Source: a virus
Taxonomy: Duplodnaviria; Caudoviricetes
Virus record (IMG/VR): IMGVR_UViG_3300020379_001212
Span: 1 to 25,132 of that record
Direction: 5' to 3' (one strand)
Length of the DNA stretch: 25,132 nucleotides
Shown: positions 23,380 through 25,132 of the stretch, piece by piece
How positions within the stretch are numbered: position 1 is the stretch's first letter
Layout of the letters: each line of letters starts with the position of its first letter
The notes under the pieces: generated by a model
What the model saw: the letters and a program-made list of their open reading frames with translations, nothing else
Databases searched by the model: none
Told to the model about the DNA's origin: nothing
Program-made: the position numbers and the translations under genes

Positions 23380-23621
23380 AGACAGCAACTATTTACAGCA
23401 ACGGAAGTCAAGAGTGTGAAAGGATGGCATCCTTACTTAAATCACTTGGTGGTGAATTTTTAGAATACAAACTAGGGCAACACTTTACTCAGAGAGCATT
23501 TGAGGATGAGTTTGGACTAGAAGCAACATATCCTCAGGTATCAATTGGTTATCAACATATTGGTAGCATGAAAGAAACACTATATTACATGAGTAATATG
23601 GGAATGTTAGCAAAAGCTTGA
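23376..23621 (+). CDS. Glutaredoxin-like protein (single Cys)
   Basis: IYSNGSQECER, TYPQV and HIG motifs of the Grx fold. Confidence 0.75.
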   Translation: MKTATIYSNGSQECERMASLLKSLGGEFLEYKLGQHFTQRAFEDEFGLEATYPQVSIGYQHIGSMKETLYYMSNMGMLAKA

Positions 23622-23646
23622 CATAACCTTAAAAACTCAGTATAAT
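23618..23646 (+). promoter_or_regulatory. Consensus sigma70 promoter
   Basis: TTGACA-N17-TATAAT exact match. Confidence 0.9.
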
Positions 23647-23671
23647 CAACTATGTTAGGGATAAAGACATT

Positions 23672-23812
23672 ATGGCTTTAAAGCAGTATAAGAAAATCGA
23701 TAGACACGGACACGAAGAAATTTGGGAATGGGATGAGACACCTGAACTTAGAGCATTTATTAAGCAACAATCAATCTTGAAACTATCTCAACCTCCAACT
23801 AGACCGAATTAA
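23672..23812 (+). CDS. 46-aa hypothetical protein (not in supplied ORF track)
   Basis: MALKQYKKIDRHGHEEIWEWDETPELRAFIKQQSILKLSQPPTRPN; TAATG-coupled to the next gene. Confidence 0.6.
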   Translation: MALKQYKKIDRHGHEEIWEWDETPELRAFIKQQSILKLSQPPTRPN

Positions 23813-24303
23813 TGAAAGTTTTTGACGACTTTCTTCCTGAAGAACAGTATAATGTAATTGCTAGTACCATGTTGAGTGCGGACTTTCCATGGTACTACGC
23901 CAATTCTGTTGTATCAAAAAATCTTCTTTGTACAGAACAAGAGAATTATCAATTTGGACATAGTTTTTATTTTAACTATGGATTCAAGAGTGAGTATGCT
24001 CAAATGTTGATACCTATCTTGGAGAGATTAAATCCTAGTGCTATTGTTAGAATTAAGGGAACACTTCTCCCCAGATCAGAAAAAAATATTGAGCATGGTT
24101 ACCACCTCGATAACCAATCGAGTACGTTAGCTGCGATATACTACATTAATACTAATGATGGGTATACAAATTTCAAAGAAGGTGGTAAAATTAACAGTGT
24201 AGCAAACAGATTAGTTTTGTTCAACACTGACGAATATCATACAGGGGCAACTTGTACTGATGAAAAAGTTAGAGTTTTAATTAATTTCAATTACTACTCA
24301 TAG
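23812..24303 (+). CDS. 2OG-Fe(II) oxygenase superfamily protein
   Basis: HxD (GYHLD), YYINTNDGYT, NRLVLF..H.G, R.LINFNY. Confidence 0.85.
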   Translation: MKVFDDFLPEEQYNVIASTMLSADFPWYYANSVVSKNLLCTEQENYQFGHSFYFNYGFKSEYAQMLIPILERLNPSAIVRIKGTLLPRSEKNIEHGYHLDNQSSTLAAIYYINTNDGYTNFKEGGKINSVANRLVLFNTDEYHTGATCTDEKVRVLINFNYYS

Positions 24304-24375
24304 CTTCCTTAGCAATCTGGTGAATGCAGCAAACTCATAATTTGCCTAAGGAGAGTTCGATCCTCTCAGGAAGCA
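24303..24375 (+). tRNA. tRNA with CAT anticodon (elongator Met or Ile2)
   Basis: Acceptor GCTTCCT/AGGAAGC; anticodon arm GCAAA-CTCATAA-TTTGC; T arm GAGAG-TTCGATC-CTCTC; CCA not encoded. Confidence 0.92.
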
Positions 24376-24380
24376 CCTAA

Positions 24381-24465
24381 GCGAGTGTGGCGGAATCGGT
24401 AGACGCACCAGACTTAAAATCTGTTGAGAATTAATCTCGTGGGGGTTCAAGTCCCCCCACTCGCA
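24381..24465 (+). tRNA. tRNA-Leu(TAA)
   Basis: Acceptor GCGAGTG/CACTCGC; anticodon loop CTTAAAA; long variable arm; T arm GGGGG-TTCAAGT-CCCCC. Confidence 0.95.
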
Positions 24466-24501
24466 TTCTGTTAAATAACGTTAACAGAAAACTCCAACAT
24501 C

Positions 24502-24783
24502 ATGGCTCAGTTCAGATACACAATCAGCAGAAAACATTGTTTCGTTGATAACGAACCAGTTCTTATGTATTTTGTTGAAAGTATGCCATTTGCTTTTGAC
24601 GTGTTAGAAAGACATGAGAAAGAAGACAAATGGATTTTATCTGAAGCAGCAATTAATCAAGAGTATACTTTGGAAGACATCTTTAGATACTCTGATTACT
24701 TGATTGCTGAAGAATGCCATCCTGTATTGTTTGAATTAGATCTCGTTAATCCTGAAGTATTGCCTGATGAACACGTTTCTTGA
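24502..24783 (+). CDS. Hypothetical protein
   Basis: 93-aa ORF between the tRNAs and cpeT. Confidence 0.75.
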   Translation: MAQFRYTISRKHCFVDNEPVLMYFVESMPFAFDVLERHEKEDKWILSEAAINQEYTLEDIFRYSDYLIAEECHPVLFELDLVNPEVLPDEHVS

Positions 24784-25132
24784 ATTATTTGAGGGGACTT
24801 TTGCTAACAAACGTCAAGCACAAAGTCATCCTACTCGTTATGCCCATATTCGTGTTAGTCATCGCAAGATTGGTGAAACTAGATTTTATGGAGAACAGGC
24901 ATATAATTATCAATTAGATCGTCCTTACAGACAGTTTGTTATTGAAGTTGTAGACGAAGGTGATTATCTTAGACTAAAAAATTATGAGATTAGTACCCCG
25001 TCTGATTTTGTCGGATGTAGGAACCTTGATAAACTTACTGATGACCTCTTGACTTATCGAGAGGGGTGTGATAATATTATTAAGGAAACCGCGCCAAAAA
25101 CATTTACTGGTAAGAATGATACTTGTGAATGT
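24767..25132 (+). CDS. cpeT: CpeT/CpcT-type phycobiliprotein lyase (3'-truncated by window; not in supplied ORF track)
   Basis: MNTFLELFEGTFANKRQAQSHPTRYAHIR...FYGEQAYNYQLDRPYRQ...REGCD, T-type lyase motifs. Confidence 0.9.
   Translation, partial: MNTFLELFEGTFANKRQAQSHPTRYAHIRVSHRKIGETRFYGEQAYNYQLDRPYRQFVIEVVDEGDYLRLKNYEISTPSDFVGCRNLDKLTDDLLTYREGCDNIIKETAPKTFTGKNDTCEC

Overview
Segment of a T4-like cyanomyovirus genome, most likely infecting marine Synechococcus (inferred from psbD, cpeT, cp12 and tRNA-Leu(TAA)). Gene order: 3' end of psbD; small genes including a glutaredoxin; an apparent nitrogen-regulated cassette (NtcA box, sigma70 promoter, tandem glutamine-riboswitch-like aptamers, DUF4278-like peptide, terminator); ParB-like gene; thyX, phoH, exonuclease, gp33, gp32; minus-strand block gp53-gp48-gp2-gp4; gp54/19-like, gp26, gp51, tape-measure-like protein with a lysozyme domain, hub protein, cp12 and a split gp5; small outer-membrane beta-barrel gene; small genes; 2OG-Fe(II) oxygenase; two tRNAs; 5' part of cpeT. 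Two signals stand out. (1) A tandem glutamine-riboswitch-like RNA whose second aptamer carries a whole 55-codon ORF inside its P2 loop, under a perfect NtcA box. (2) A slippery heptamer plus hairpin that would fuse gp26 to gp51 by -1 frameshifting directly upstream of the tape-measure gene. All family assignments come from manual motif recognition and recalled gene order; no searches were run.
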